Of a stretch of DNA of 64,000 nucleotides, positions 23,946-33,963 are shown in pieces. Numbering within the stretch: the first letter of the stretch is position 1; every line of letters starts with the position of its first letter. The DNA comes from Candidatus Dormiibacterota bacterium (GTDB lineage: Bacteria; Chloroflexota; Dormibacteria; Aeolococcales; Aeolococcaceae), in NCBI GenBank assembly GCA_963777285.1, contig CAVZPR010000002.1, positions 470,304 through 534,303 of the forward strand, given 5' to 3'. The notes under the pieces were generated by a model, which made no database searches, was not told the origin of the DNA, and worked only from the letters and a program-made list of their open reading frames with translations. A program made the position numbers and the translations under genes.

Positions 23946-24779
23946 CTAGCTGAACGCGGAGCCGCCACCCGCCACATCCAAGTGTGCGACGCCGGTGGCC
24001 GCGTCCGCCAGCGCGGCGGGCGGTGGCGGCAGCGAGGGGGGCGGCGCGGGCAACGAACGCTCGATGGCAGCGTGACGAAGCTCCTGCCGTCCCTTCAACC
24101 CGAGAATGAGCGTCACCGCGAGCACCGCCGCCACCATGTGCAGCGCAAGTGCGACGATGAGTATCGTCGCCTGCGACTGCAGCGCGCCCAGCGGATCTGC
24201 CGCCGAGCTCGACCCGCTTCCGCTCACCTGGGCGACCACCGTCGCCAGGTTCCCGGCCACCCACAGCAGCCACCACGCTGTGATGTACAGCGGCATGCGA
24301 ATCGCGATGCGGGAGGCGCGATAGGACTTGGGCGGGGAGGCTGCCGTGCGCCATGCCTCACGCACAGCCTGCAACGGCATCACGAGGTTCGCGAAGGGGA
24401 TGAACCAGCAGCCGACCGCCAGGCGCGGCGAGAAGGAGAGCTCGTAGGCCGACTCCCGATTGTTCGCCACCACGCGGTGGAACCACACGAGGAAGGTGAT
24501 CCCGGTAAGCAGAAACGCACCCAGCTCGGACCACGCCGCCGTGCGCACGAGGTTGTCACTGAACGTCAGGTCCTGCAGGGAAGGCAACGTCCCGCCGCGG
24601 ATCTCCGCGATCAGGCCCAGGCGAATGACGTTGGCCACGATCAGCAGGGCGCCGGTCACTCCCCACAGGGCGAACGACGCAAGCACAATACGCGTGCGAC
24701 CACCAAGGCTCCGATATCCCGACTGAGCGTCGGCGTGCACGTTCACGTAGGGATCGGGCTGCCACGAACCGGTGCTCAT
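23946..24779 (-). CDS. DUF4328-like membrane protein
   Basis: FLVWFHR, AVGCWFIPFANLVMP, AWWLLW motifs; about 4 TM helices. Confidence 0.75.
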   Translation of the reverse strand: MSTGSWQPDPYVNVHADAQSGYRSLGGRTRIVLASFALWGVTGALLIVANVIRLGLIAEIRGGTLPSLQDLTFSDNLVRTAAWSELGAFLLTGITFLVWFHRVVANNRESAYELSFSPRLAVGCWFIPFANLVMPLQAVREAWRTAASPPKSYRASRIAIRMPLYITAWWLLWVAGNLATVVAQVSGSGSSSAADPLGALQSQATILIVALALHMVAAVLAVTLILGLKGRQELRHAAIERSLPAPPPSLPPPPAALADAATGVAHLDVAGGGSAFS

Positions 24780-24829
24780 CGAACTGCGCCTCCCGCGGCG
24801 GGCCTAGTTTCCGCCTGACCTGGCGAATT

Positions 24830-27046
24830 CTAACCCCGCTTGGCCGGTTCGGCCAGCGATCGCGCGACATACACGGCGACGTCGTCGACTGCGAGACGAT
24901 CCCCGAGCTGCTGCGCCGCGATGCCCTCGTCGAACATGGCCAGGCAGAAGGGACACGCGGTCGCCACCTTGCTCGCCTGCGTGTCGGCGGCCTGCTGCAC
25001 GCGGCGGTGGTTCACCCGGGGCTGCCCCTCCTCCATCCACATGCGGCCACCACCGGCGCCGCAGCACATGCCTTCGTTGCGGTTGCGTGCCATCTCCACC
25101 ACGCGGAGCCCCGGTATGCGTTCCAGGATCTCGCGAGGCGGGGCGAAGATGTCGTTCCAGCGGCCGATGTAGCAGGAGTCGTGGTACGTGATCGTTTCGC
25201 GCTGCTGCTTCGATTCATCGAGAGTGATGCGGCCCTCTTTGAGCAGCCGCTCGATCAGCTGCGTGTGGTGCGTCACCTCATAGCGGCCGCCGAAGTCGGG
25301 GTATTCGTTGGCGAAGGTGTTGAAGCAGTGCGGGCACGACGCGATGATCTTGCGCACGCTGTGCTGCTCGAGAACTTTCACGTTCTCCTTGGCGCGCTCC
25401 TGAAAGAGATACTCATTGCCGATGCGGCGCGCCGGATCTCCGGTGCACCGCTCCTCCGTGCCCAGGATGGCGAAGTCGACACCGGCGGCCTGCATGATCT
25501 TCACCAGGGCGGTGGCGATCGTCTTGGCACGGTCGTCGAAGGAAGCGGCGCACCCCACCCAGTACAGGTATTCCGCATCCGGCTTGTCCGCGGCGAACTG
25601 CACCCCGAGGTCCGCCGCCCAGTCGGCTCGTAATTGGTGGGAGAGCCCGTACGGGTTGGCCACGCTCTCGATGTTGCGCAGCGCGGTCTCTGCCTGCCGC
25701 GGCAGCCGCAACTCGTCGAGGACCAGGTGACGCCGCATGTCGAGGATCTTGGGAACGTGCTCGATGAGCACCGGGCACTGGTCCATGCACGCGCCGCACA
25801 TGGTGCACGCCCAGAGCGTCTCGTCGAGGATGGTGCCGCCGAAGAGCGGTCGCTCGCCGCCGTTGCTCTCCACGGCTGCGGCCACCGCGTCGGGGCTGAT
25901 CCACGACGGCTGGAAGTCGCCGGGCAGGCGCTCCAGCGCGCCAGGATGGTGATCACCCGTGGCCCACATGGTCGCACCGGCCGCCTGCGCGGCCCGCTCG
26001 CCACCAGCGTCGGGCTCCGCCGGCGCCGCGCTCTGCGCCACGTGGGCGGCGTGCTGCGTCGCCCCGTAGCCCCCGGCGAGGTTCTCGTAGGCGTGGTCGC
26101 GCAGGTCGGTGATCAGCGTTTTCGGCGAGAGCGGCTTGCCCGTGTTGTACGCGGGGCAGTGTGTCTGGCAGCGCCCGCACTCCGTGCACGTGTACAGGTC
26201 GAGCATGTCCTTCCACGAGAAGTGCTCCATCGCGGCGGCGCCAAAGTGCTGATCAGCCTCTCTCTCGGCGTTCATCACGGCTTCGATGTCGAGGGTGCGT
26301 GCGGCGCCCTTGGGCCGCTCGTTCCTGAAGATGACGTTGGGTACCGCGGTGACGATGTGCAGATGCTTGCTGTACCCCAGGTACACGAGGAAGCCGAACA
26401 CCAGGCTGAGGTGCAGCCAGAAGAAGATCCCGTGCAGCACGACGAGCGCTTCGCTGCCCGCACCCAGCGGGCGGAACACCGCGGCGATCGCCGACGCCAC
26501 GGGACGCCACTGCGCCAGCGCCTCGGGCGCGCCCTCGGCGATGCGTGTCGCGTAGTTCAGCTCCATGCACAGCAGCAGGCCGCCGATCCAGGCCAGGATG
26601 ATGATCGCGTCAGCCCTATGGCTGCCGCGAAAGCGCGACGGGTTAACCAGGAGGCGGTTGACCAGCGCCATCACGATGCCGCACTCGACCAAGAGGAAGA
26701 AGAGGTCTTGCAGGAAGGCGATGGCGCCGCTTCCGGGAAGCAGCTGGAACTGGAATCCCACGTACACCGCTTCGACGATGCCCTGCGCGATCGCCGTCAG
26801 CAGGACGACGAATCCCCAGAAGATGAGCGCGTGCAGCACGCCGGAGAACGGCCAGCGCAGCAGCCTGCCCTGGGCCAGCACATACACGACGAACGCGCCG
26901 GCGCGCTGCAGAGGGTGATCAGTGCGCGAGTCGCGCCGCGTGGAGCGGCGCATCAGACCGAGCAGCTGCGACCAGCGCCGCCCGGTTGTCGCGATCGATG
27001 TCCCCGCCAGGAGCGCGAGCGCGATCGGGCTGATGATCGCCGTCAT
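24830..27046 (-). CDS. Membrane-bound Fe-S oxidoreductase (FadF/HdrD-like: TM domain, two 4Fe-4S motifs, CCG domains)
   Basis: CTECGRCQTHCP, CTMCGACMDQCP, WVGC, CTGD, CPHC, YHDSC, CCGAGGG, ACPFC. Confidence 0.9.
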   Translation of the reverse strand: MTAIISPIALALLAGTSIATTGRRWSQLLGLMRRSTRRDSRTDHPLQRAGAFVVYVLAQGRLLRWPFSGVLHALIFWGFVVLLTAIAQGIVEAVYVGFQFQLLPGSGAIAFLQDLFFLLVECGIVMALVNRLLVNPSRFRGSHRADAIIILAWIGGLLLCMELNYATRIAEGAPEALAQWRPVASAIAAVFRPLGAGSEALVVLHGIFFWLHLSLVFGFLVYLGYSKHLHIVTAVPNVIFRNERPKGAARTLDIEAVMNAEREADQHFGAAAMEHFSWKDMLDLYTCTECGRCQTHCPAYNTGKPLSPKTLITDLRDHAYENLAGGYGATQHAAHVAQSAAPAEPDAGGERAAQAAGATMWATGDHHPGALERLPGDFQPSWISPDAVAAAVESNGGERPLFGGTILDETLWACTMCGACMDQCPVLIEHVPKILDMRRHLVLDELRLPRQAETALRNIESVANPYGLSHQLRADWAADLGVQFAADKPDAEYLYWVGCAASFDDRAKTIATALVKIMQAAGVDFAILGTEERCTGDPARRIGNEYLFQERAKENVKVLEQHSVRKIIASCPHCFNTFANEYPDFGGRYEVTHHTQLIERLLKEGRITLDESKQQRETITYHDSCYIGRWNDIFAPPREILERIPGLRVVEMARNRNEGMCCGAGGGRMWMEEGQPRVNHRRVQQAADTQASKVATACPFCLAMFDEGIAAQQLGDRLAVDDVAVYVARSLAEPAKRG

Positions 27047-27056
27047 GGAGCGACGC

Positions 27057-27830
27057 TCACCGGCCTTTCCACTCCGGGGCGCGCTTCTGTAGGAACGCCG
27101 TGATGCCCTCGGCGGCGTCCTCCGTGGAGAACAGCCCCGTGAACTCGCGCTGCTCGATCTTCAACGCCGCGTCGATGGGCAGCGCCGCGCCTTCGAGCAT
27201 CGCCCGCTTGGTCGCAGCGAGGGCGAGCGGCGCACGCGACGCGAGCATCTCCGCCCAGCGTCGCGCTGCTTGCGGCAGCTCGTCTGGATCCACGAGCTCG
27301 CTGACCAGCCCCAGCTGGAGCGCGCGCTCGGCGTCGATCGGCTCGCCGGTGAGCAGCAGCTCGGCGGCGCGCGCCCTGCCCAGCAGCCGCGGCAGCCGCT
27401 GCGTCCCGCCCCAGCCCGGGATGATGCCCAGCTTGATCTCCGGCTGGCCGAAGCGAGCCGTGCGCGACGCGATGCGCACGTCGCACGCCAGCGTCAGCTC
27501 GCAGCCGCCGCCGAATGCGATGCCGTTGACCGCGGCGATGATCGGCAGGCGCGACCGTTCGAAACGCAGCGTGAGGTCGAGCGCGCCACCCAGCCCTTCG
27601 GCGCCGCCACCGAACTCGGTGACGTCGGCTCCCGCGGAGAAGAACTTTGGCCCGCCGCCGGTGATGACCAGCGCGCGGCAGCCGCTGTCGGCCTCAGCGG
27701 CGTCCAGTGCTTCCGCCAGCCCGGATACGACAGCGCCGCTGATGGCGTTGGCCGGGGGATGGTCGATCGTCGCCATGGCGACCGCGCCGTCGCGCTCCAG
27801 CCGGACCACGTCGTGAAGTGACTGGGCCAC
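27057..27830 (-). CDS. Enoyl-CoA hydratase (crotonase)
   Basis: FSAGAD, AFGGGCEL, FGQPEIKLGIIPGWGGTQRL; both catalytic Glu present. Confidence 0.93.
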   Translation of the reverse strand: MAQSLHDVVRLERDGAVAMATIDHPPANAISGAVVSGLAEALDAAEADSGCRALVITGGGPKFFSAGADVTEFGGGAEGLGGALDLTLRFERSRLPIIAAVNGIAFGGGCELTLACDVRIASRTARFGQPEIKLGIIPGWGGTQRLPRLLGRARAAELLLTGEPIDAERALQLGLVSELVDPDELPQAARRWAEMLASRAPLALAATKRAMLEGAALPIDAALKIEQREFTGLFSTEDAAEGITAFLQKRAPEWKGR

Positions 27831-27945
27831 TGAGACTGCCTCCCTCGATGCTGGCGGTGACAAGGGGTCATACCGCAAATGACCGCGGACGCGCGCTGCC
27901 GGCGGCTGTGTCGCGCCGCCCGCGCGGCGGCGCATCATCGCGGTC

Positions 27946-28533
27946 GTGGACACCGACCCTCAGGAGCCGCCGCGCCTGCCCGAGCTTCCCGAGCCCGTCA
28001 CCGCCGAACAGCTCCGCGAGTTGGCTGATGCCGCGATCGACAAGATCGCTGCCGCCCTGAGTGCGTGTGAGCGAGCCACCATCGCCGCCATGGCGCCGTA
28101 CGACCGCCAGCTGCGCGAGATCCGCGCGCGGCTCGGCGAGGTGGCGACGGAGCGGCGGCGCCGGGAGCGCGCGGCGCAGGTGGCGCAGCGCGCCGGTGTC
28201 CGGGAGGCCGCGAAGTCCGGCGGCATGCCGACGCTGATCGCCGCGCTCGAGTCGCCGGAAACGCCGATTCCCCCGGAGTCGGCGCTGCAGTCGCTGCGTG
28301 CCTTTCTCAGCAGCGGCGGGGAGGTGGGCTTCGGGTTCGCCACGCGCCCCGGGACCATGACGTTCACCGATGGCCGGCAGCAGCGCCAGGCGCGGACCTG
28401 GGGCGAGGCGCGCGCGCTCTACGCGGACGGGTGGGAGCCGGGGGCGCCAGGGGTTGCCGGGGTGAGGGTGCACCTCGCCGGCAGCCGGGTCGAGCGCGTT
28501 GCCCCGGCCACCGAGGTGGTGCTCGGCCTCTGA
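27946..28533 (+). CDS. Hypothetical protein with N-terminal coiled coil
   Basis: Fills the gap between divergent/convergent genes; protein-like composition; no family recognised. Confidence 0.6.
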   Translation: MDTDPQEPPRLPELPEPVTAEQLRELADAAIDKIAAALSACERATIAAMAPYDRQLREIRARLGEVATERRRRERAAQVAQRAGVREAAKSGGMPTLIAALESPETPIPPESALQSLRAFLSSGGEVGFGFATRPGTMTFTDGRQQRQARTWGEARALYADGWEPGAPGVAGVRVHLAGSRVERVAPATEVVLGL

Positions 28534-28546
28534 GCCTTCGTCGCGG

Positions 28547-28876
28547 CTAGAGGCGCTCCATCCTGGCGACGTCGACCACGAAGATGGTCGCACCGCCGAT
28601 CTCGACGTCCATGGGTGGCGGTATCACCGCGCCCATCGTGTCCGCGCCCGCCACCAGAGCCTCGATCGTCTCGCTGCGCCGCCGCGCCTTGCCCTTGAGC
28701 AGCGCGACCACCGGATCGACGTCCGCGTCGTTGACGCCGACCAGAAGCGTGACGTTCTCCATGTCGAGGAAGCCGCCGGACGAGCCGAGCCGGGTGCACT
28801 CGTGGCCCGCTGCGACGAGCGCGCCGACGCATGCGTCAGCGTCCTTGCTCTGCACGATGGCGACGACCAGCTTCAC
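28547..28876 (-). CDS. darA: Cyclic-di-AMP receptor, PII-like (DarA/PstA, DUF970)
   Basis: MKLVVAIVQ, SSGGFL, NVTLLVGV, VEIGGATIFV; downstream of tmk as in Firmicutes. Confidence 0.85.
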   Translation of the reverse strand: MKLVVAIVQSKDADACVGALVAAGHECTRLGSSGGFLDMENVTLLVGVNDADVDPVVALLKGKARRRSETIEALVAGADTMGAVIPPPMDVEIGGATIFVVDVARMERL

Positions 28877-29548
28877 GCGCGCGCGGCTGCCCGGGCCGCG
28901 GGAATCCCGCTGACCGAGGGCAATCGTCCTCGCACCGTCTCCTCGATGTCACGCGAAACCGCCATCGCGGGCCGCGTCGCGTCCACGCGCACGACGCGGT
29001 CGCCTGCGCTCGCGGCCTGCTCCTCGAAGGCGCGGCTCACGGCGCTGTGGAAGTCCTCGGGAGAACCCTCGATGCGGTCCAGCGGCAGCTGCTGCGCGCG
29101 CTGCCGCTGCACAGCCAACGTCGCCGGGATCTGCAGGTAGAACGTGAGGTCGGGCCACACGTCGTCGCAGGCGTCACGGTGCAGCCGCAGCAGCGCGTCG
29201 GCCGGCAGTCCTCGCCCGCCGCCCTGGTAGGCGAGGGTCGAGTTCGACGTAGCGGTCCGCGATCACCACGGCGCCGCGCTGCAGCGCAGGGAGGATGATC
29301 TCCCGCAGCAGCTGGGCGCGCTCCGCATTGAACAGCAGCGCCTCCGCCCAGGGATCGATGGCGGGACCGCGCTGGTGCTGCAGGACGAAGCTGTGCAGCA
29401 GCTCACCCAGACGCGTGCTGTCGGGACGCACCGTGAGCACGTCGTGGTGCCTGACCTTCAGCGCCGCGGCAAGGGCCGCGACCTGCGTGCTCTTGCCCGC
29501 GCCGTCCAGCCCCTCGAACGAGATGAAGTAGCCCGGCCAGCGTCTCAT
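28873..29548 (-). CDS. tmk: Thymidylate kinase, split by a +1 frameshift at ~29243 (probably a sequencing error)
   Basis: FISFEGLDGAGKSTQ...IADRY in one frame and (DS)TLAYQG...PDLTFYL in the next; removing one T at 29243/29244 restores DRYVDSTLAYQG. Confidence 0.9.
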
Positions 29549-31185
29549 CAGTCTTCGGGGCGCAGTATGACCAGGCGGCGATTGGGCTCGTCGCCGGTGC
29601 TCCGCGCCGTCATCTCGTGCTGCTCGACGAGTTGATGCTGCAGGCGACGCACGTACGAGTTCTGCGGCGCGAGCTCGACCTCGCCACCGGTCTGCTGCGC
29701 CCTGGTAACGCCCTCGAGCGCCTCCTGCAGCGCAGTCTCGGTGGGGTCTGCGGGCTCGACGCCGTAGGCGCGAGCGAGCGCACCCTTGATCTGCGCCACC
29801 GTGTTGCTGCGCAGCACGTGGATCGGGATCCCCGAAGACTCCGCGGCGCGCACGGGAAAGTCGCGGCGGCGGTAGTAGTTCTTGAGCGTGAGCACGACGT
29901 CGGCGTCGTCGACGTGGTGCTGGATGCGTGCCGGCAGGCGCAGCTCGCGGACCGACTGCTCCAGGTAGCTCCGCGACACGCCGTAGGGAAAGATCGACAG
30001 CGGGTGCGCGGCGCGAGGCGGGGGCGCGTCGTGGTCGCGCTCGCGCCGTTGCTGCGTACTGAGGTACTCGTCGACGTCGAATCGGCGGCGGCGCTCGCGG
30101 GTGCGGCGGTTTCCCCTGCCGCCGCCGGGAAACGGTGCCGGCTCGAAGGGCGACGGGTGCAGCGCCGCCGCGGCCGTGTCGATGCGCGTCACCACCTGCC
30201 CCGCCTCGCCGCGGAGCCGCAGCTGCGGCGGCCGCACGCGCCCGCGCAGCGCCTCGTCCACCGTCTCCGCGACGGGAGCGTGCACCGCCACGCGGTCGCG
30301 TTCCTGGATCTCGATGAGCACGTCGAACGTCGGCGGCGCCTTGCGCTCCAGCACGGACTTCTGCGTGCCGCGGCGGCGCGCCTCCTCGTCGGACAGCGTC
30401 ACCGTCTGGATCCCGCCGAGCAGGTCGTTCAGTGTCGGGTTCACCAGCAGGTTGTCGAGGTTCGATCCGTGCGCGGTTCCGACCAGCTGCACGCCGCGCT
30501 CGGCGATGGTGCGCGCCGCGGCCGCCTCCAGCTCGGTGCCGATCTCGTCAATGACGATGCATTGCGGCATGTGGTTTTCCACCGCCTCGATCATCACCGC
30601 GTGCTGCAGCGCCGGGGTGCGCACCTGCATGCGGCGCGCGCGGCCGATCCCCGGGTGCGGGATGTCACCGTCGCCGGCGATCTCGTTCGACGTGTCGACG
30701 ATGACCACACGCTTGTCGCACTCGTCGGACAGCACCCGCGCGCACTCGCGCAGCATGGTGGTCTTGCCGATCCCGGGCGGTCCCAGCAGGAGAATCGACT
30801 GGCCGCTGACCACGATGTCCTTGATGATGTCGATGGTTCCCGTGACCGCCCGTCCCACGCGGCACGTCAGCCCCACCGCCTGGCCCGCCCGGTTGCGAAT
30901 CGCGCTGATGCGGTGCAGGGTGCGCTCGATGCCGGCGCGATTGTCGTCGCCGAAATCGCCCACCCGCTGGATGACGTACTCGATGTCCGCGTGGCCGACA
31001 TGCGCGGAGTCGAGGATCGCCTCGCCGTCGGTGAAGCGGGCTTCCGGCTCGCGTCCGAGGTCGAGCACCACCTCGAGCAGCTCGCCGCGTCCCTGACCCA
31101 TGCGCTGCGCCGCCGCGGCGATGCGCGGCGGCAAGGCCTGGAACAGCAGGCTCAGCTCCTCCTCCCAGGAGGCGCCGTAGGGCAT
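29548..31185 (-). CDS. AAA ATPase with C-terminal R3H domain (Ycf45/SpoIIIAA-like)
   Basis: [59 protein letters not shown] (R3H). Confidence 0.92.
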   Translation of the reverse strand: MPYGASWEEELSLLFQALPPRIAAAAQRMGQGRGELLEVVLDLGREPEARFTDGEAILDSAHVGHADIEYVIQRVGDFGDDNRAGIERTLHRISAIRNRAGQAVGLTCRVGRAVTGTIDIIKDIVVSGQSILLLGPPGIGKTTMLRECARVLSDECDKRVVIVDTSNEIAGDGDIPHPGIGRARRMQVRTPALQHAVMIEAVENHMPQCIVIDEIGTELEAAAARTIAERGVQLVGTAHGSNLDNLLVNPTLNDLLGGIQTVTLSDEEARRRGTQKSVLERKAPPTFDVLIEIQERDRVAVHAPVAETVDEALRGRVRPPQLRLRGEAGQVVTRIDTAAAALHPSPFEPAPFPGGGRGNRRTRERRRRFDVDEYLSTQQRRERDHDAPPPRAAHPLSIFPYGVSRSYLEQSVRELRLPARIQHHVDDADVVLTLKNYYRRRDFPVRAAESSGIPIHVLRSNTVAQIKGALARAYGVEPADPTETALQEALEGVTRAQQTGGEVELAPQNSYVRRLQHQLVEQHEMTARSTGDEPNRRLVILRPED

Positions 31186-32273
31186 CACCGCCGCGACCGT
31201 CCCGGTGCCTCCCGGCGCGATCCCAAAACGCGAAGCGTCGCCTGTGGTTCGGTGGCGACGCTGCGGGCCACACCCGCCTGGACCAGGATGGGCTTCTTGC
31301 GCTGCGCGGACTGGCGCAGGCGCACCTTCGAGCCGAGGTCGCACACCAGCAGCATCTGCATGCCGTAGACGGCGAAACCGCGGCCCTGGAGCGCGCGGAT
31401 CAACTCGGAGTTGTAGTGGCGCAGCACGCACGCCACCGGCCCCGCGGGCAGCTCGCGGAGCACCGCGTCGATGATCGCGTCGCGCAGCGTGGCGTCGTGC
31501 CCTTCGCACATCAGCGTGAGCTGCGTCGGCTGGGTCGACGACGCCGCGCGGATCGCGGCCCAGGCGACGAGGCCAGGATGCTCGACAACATAGTGGCGCA
31601 CGTCCTCGCGCCCCATGCGCGCCACCAGCCCCTGCGCGTAGGCGCCCTGCCACAGGTTGAGCGATGCACCCTCGAAGTCGGCGACCTGCGATGGCGTGGT
31701 TCGCAGGTAGAGCAGGTATATCGACGCGATGTCATCGCGCCGTGCCGGGCGCAGCAGAGCCGACCGCACGCTGGAGCCCTCCTCTTCCGGCGGGGCATCG
31801 CGGTACAGGATCTGCTCCGTCGCGAACTGCGTGAAGTGATGCGCCAGGAACACGGGCACCAGCGGATGTTCCAGCGGCAGGCGCACGTGAAACCGGTGGA
31901 CACCGTGCTCCAGCCCGTGGTTGCAGAGCGCAGCCAGCAGCTGCTCGCGCGCGAAGTGCCCGATCGCTGTGCTGAACGTGCAGAGGTTGATGATCTGCCA
32001 CGAGCGGCTGCGTCCCGGCGGCGCCTGCGCCTGGATGAACCCGACGACGCCCTCCTGTGCGTCCTCGGCGACCAGCAGCGCGTCCGCGCTGTCGGTCAGC
32101 GGCACCAGCGACGACAACGACTTGGTGAGCGCGTGCCACAGCCGCAGCAGGGTTGCCTGCGGCACGGGACTGTCCGGCGAGGGGCTGACCCCGAGCTCAT
32201 CGGCTTCGACGGCGTCGCGGTACAGCTGCTCGATGCGCGCCAGGTCGCGGAAGGACGCGGTGCGGATGATCAT
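31185..32273 (-). CDS. Tandem GNAT-like fold protein
   Basis: [16 protein letters not shown] and [20 protein letters not shown] openings; [13 protein letters not shown]; overlaps pdxT and the AAA gene. Confidence 0.6.
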   Translation of the reverse strand: MIIRTASFRDLARIEQLYRDAVEADELGVSPSPDSPVPQATLLRLWHALTKSLSSLVPLTDSADALLVAEDAQEGVVGFIQAQAPPGRSRSWQIINLCTFSTAIGHFAREQLLAALCNHGLEHGVHRFHVRLPLEHPLVPVFLAHHFTQFATEQILYRDAPPEEEGSSVRSALLRPARRDDIASIYLLYLRTTPSQVADFEGASLNLWQGAYAQGLVARMGREDVRHYVVEHPGLVAWAAIRAASSTQPTQLTLMCEGHDATLRDAIIDAVLRELPAGPVACVLRHYNSELIRALQGRGFAVYGMQMLLVCDLGSKVRLRQSAQRKKPILVQAGVARSVATEPQATLRVLGSRREAPGRSRR

Positions 32274-32869
32274 GCGGCCGACGTCTGCAGCGACGCCTCC
32301 GCACGCTCCAGGAAGAAGCGGTGCAGCCGCGGGTCGTCGGTCATCTCCGGGTGGAAGACAAGGCCGACACGCGCCCCTTGCACCACCGCCACCGGGTTCT
32401 CGCCGAACGTGGCGATGACCTGCGCATCTCCGCCGACCGATTCGATCCGCGGCGCGCGGATGAACACGCCCCGAAAGGGCGCGACGCCCAGTGGGTCGAT
32501 GCGGATGTCCGCCTCGAACGACTCGGCCTGACGGCCGTATCCGTTGCGGCGCACCGCGACGTCGAAGGCTCCGGCGGCGATCTGGTCGGGACGGCCGTCG
32601 AGGACGTCGCGGGCCAGGAGGATGAGCCCCGCGCACGTCGCGAGCAGCGGCATGCCCCCCGCCAGCCTGGCGTGCAGCACCGGCTCGAGTCCCGAGACGC
32701 GGAGCAGCCGGCTCATGGTCGTGGACTCGCCGCCGGGCAGCACCAGCGCGTCGACGGCCTCCAGCTCGTGCGGCTGACGCACCGTCGTCGCCTCGACACC
32801 GCACTCCCGCAGCGCGGCCAGGTGCTCGCGCACGTCGCCTTGCAGGGCGAGAACCCCTACGCGAAGAAT
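32270..32869 (-). CDS. pdxT: Pyridoxal 5'-phosphate synthase glutaminase subunit; probable ATT start
   Basis: VGVLALQGDVREH, LPGGESTT, TCAGLI, RRNGYGRQ, FIRAP, FHPE; GGGAGG 5 nt before in-frame ATT at 32869. Confidence 0.93.
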   Translation of the reverse strand: MLRVGVLALQGDVREHLAALRECGVEATTVRQPHELEAVDALVLPGGESTTMSRLLRVSGLEPVLHARLAGGMPLLATCAGLILLARDVLDGRPDQIAAGAFDVAVRRNGYGRQAESFEADIRIDPLGVAPFRGVFIRAPRIESVGGDAQVIATFGENPVAVVQGARVGLVFHPEMTDDPRLHRFFLERAEASLQTSAA

Positions 32870-32988
32870 CGCGACCTCCCTCTCAGCGGACGCGCGACCT
32901 CACGCGACGTGAAAGCCTGCCATCCGTGAGTTGCACAAAGGCAGTGTACCCCCGTGCGCCCGCGCCCACACCCGCGCGGCATGGACTC

Positions 32989-33909
32989 TCACCAGCCCCG
33001 CGTGGCCAGCAGCTCCTCCCGGGGCATGGACGCAACGTCGAGTCCGGGCATCGCGCGACCCAGGCCGGCGCTGACCTCGGCGATCACGTCCGGCTTGTCG
33101 AAGTAAGTGGTCGCCGCGACGATCGCCTTGGCGTAGCCGAGCGGATCGTCGCTCTTGAAGATGCCGCTGCCCACGAAGTTGCCGTCACAGCCGAGCTGCA
33201 TCATCAGGGCGGCGTCGGCGGGAGTGGCGATGCCACCGGCGCTGAAGTTCACCACGGGCAGCTTGCCCGACTGGTGCACGTCGAGCACGAGGTCGTACGG
33301 CGCACCCAGCCGCTTGGCCTCGGACATGAGCTCGTCGCGCCGCAACGACTGCAGGCGCCTGATCCCACCCTGCACCGCGCGCATGTGGCGCACGGCTTCG
33401 ACCACGTTGCCGGTGCCCGCCTCGCCCTTGGTGCGGATCATCGCCGCACCCTCGCCGATGCGCCGAAGCGCCTCGCCGAGATCTCGGGCGCCGCACACAA
33501 AGGGCACGGTGAACTGCCACTTGTCGATGTGGTTTTCCTCGTCCGCGGGGGTGAGCACCTCGGACTCATCGATGTAGTCGATGCCCAACGACTGCAGCAC
33601 CTGCGCCTCGACGAAGTGGCCGATGCGCGCTTTGGCCATCACGGGGACGGTGACCGCCGCCATGATCTGGCGGATCAGCGACACCTCGCTCATCCGGGCC
33701 ACGCCGCCGTCGCGGCGAATGTCCGCGGGGACGCGCTCCAGGGCCATCACCGCGACGGCGCCGGCATCCTCGGCGATCTTCGCCTGCTCGGCGTTGACCA
33801 CGTCCATGATCACGCCGCCCTTGAGCATCTCCGCGAGACCGCGCTTCACGCGCGGGCCGCCGGTGTCCCCCGTGAGGTGGCCGTTCGAGCCGGCCGAATC
33901 GCTTGTCAT
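32989..33909 (-). CDS. pdxS: Pyridoxal 5'-phosphate synthase lyase subunit
   Basis: [51 protein letters not shown]. Confidence 0.97.
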   Translation of the reverse strand: MTSDSAGSNGHLTGDTGGPRVKRGLAEMLKGGVIMDVVNAEQAKIAEDAGAVAVMALERVPADIRRDGGVARMSEVSLIRQIMAAVTVPVMAKARIGHFVEAQVLQSLGIDYIDESEVLTPADEENHIDKWQFTVPFVCGARDLGEALRRIGEGAAMIRTKGEAGTGNVVEAVRHMRAVQGGIRRLQSLRRDELMSEAKRLGAPYDLVLDVHQSGKLPVVNFSAGGIATPADAALMMQLGCDGNFVGSGIFKSDDPLGYAKAIVAATTYFDKPDVIAEVSAGLGRAMPGLDVASMPREELLATRGW

Positions 33910-33963
33910 GAGCCCATTCTAGGCGCTGTTTGTTCTAGACAAAGACCAGCCGCGCCGCGGCGC

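Noticed and set aside
28873-29548. tmk (and DUF4350) as genuine pseudogenes or programmed frameshifts
   Set aside because: Both halves are otherwise intact, there is no slippery heptamer, and the identical lesion in two unrelated genes favours a systematic sequencing error.
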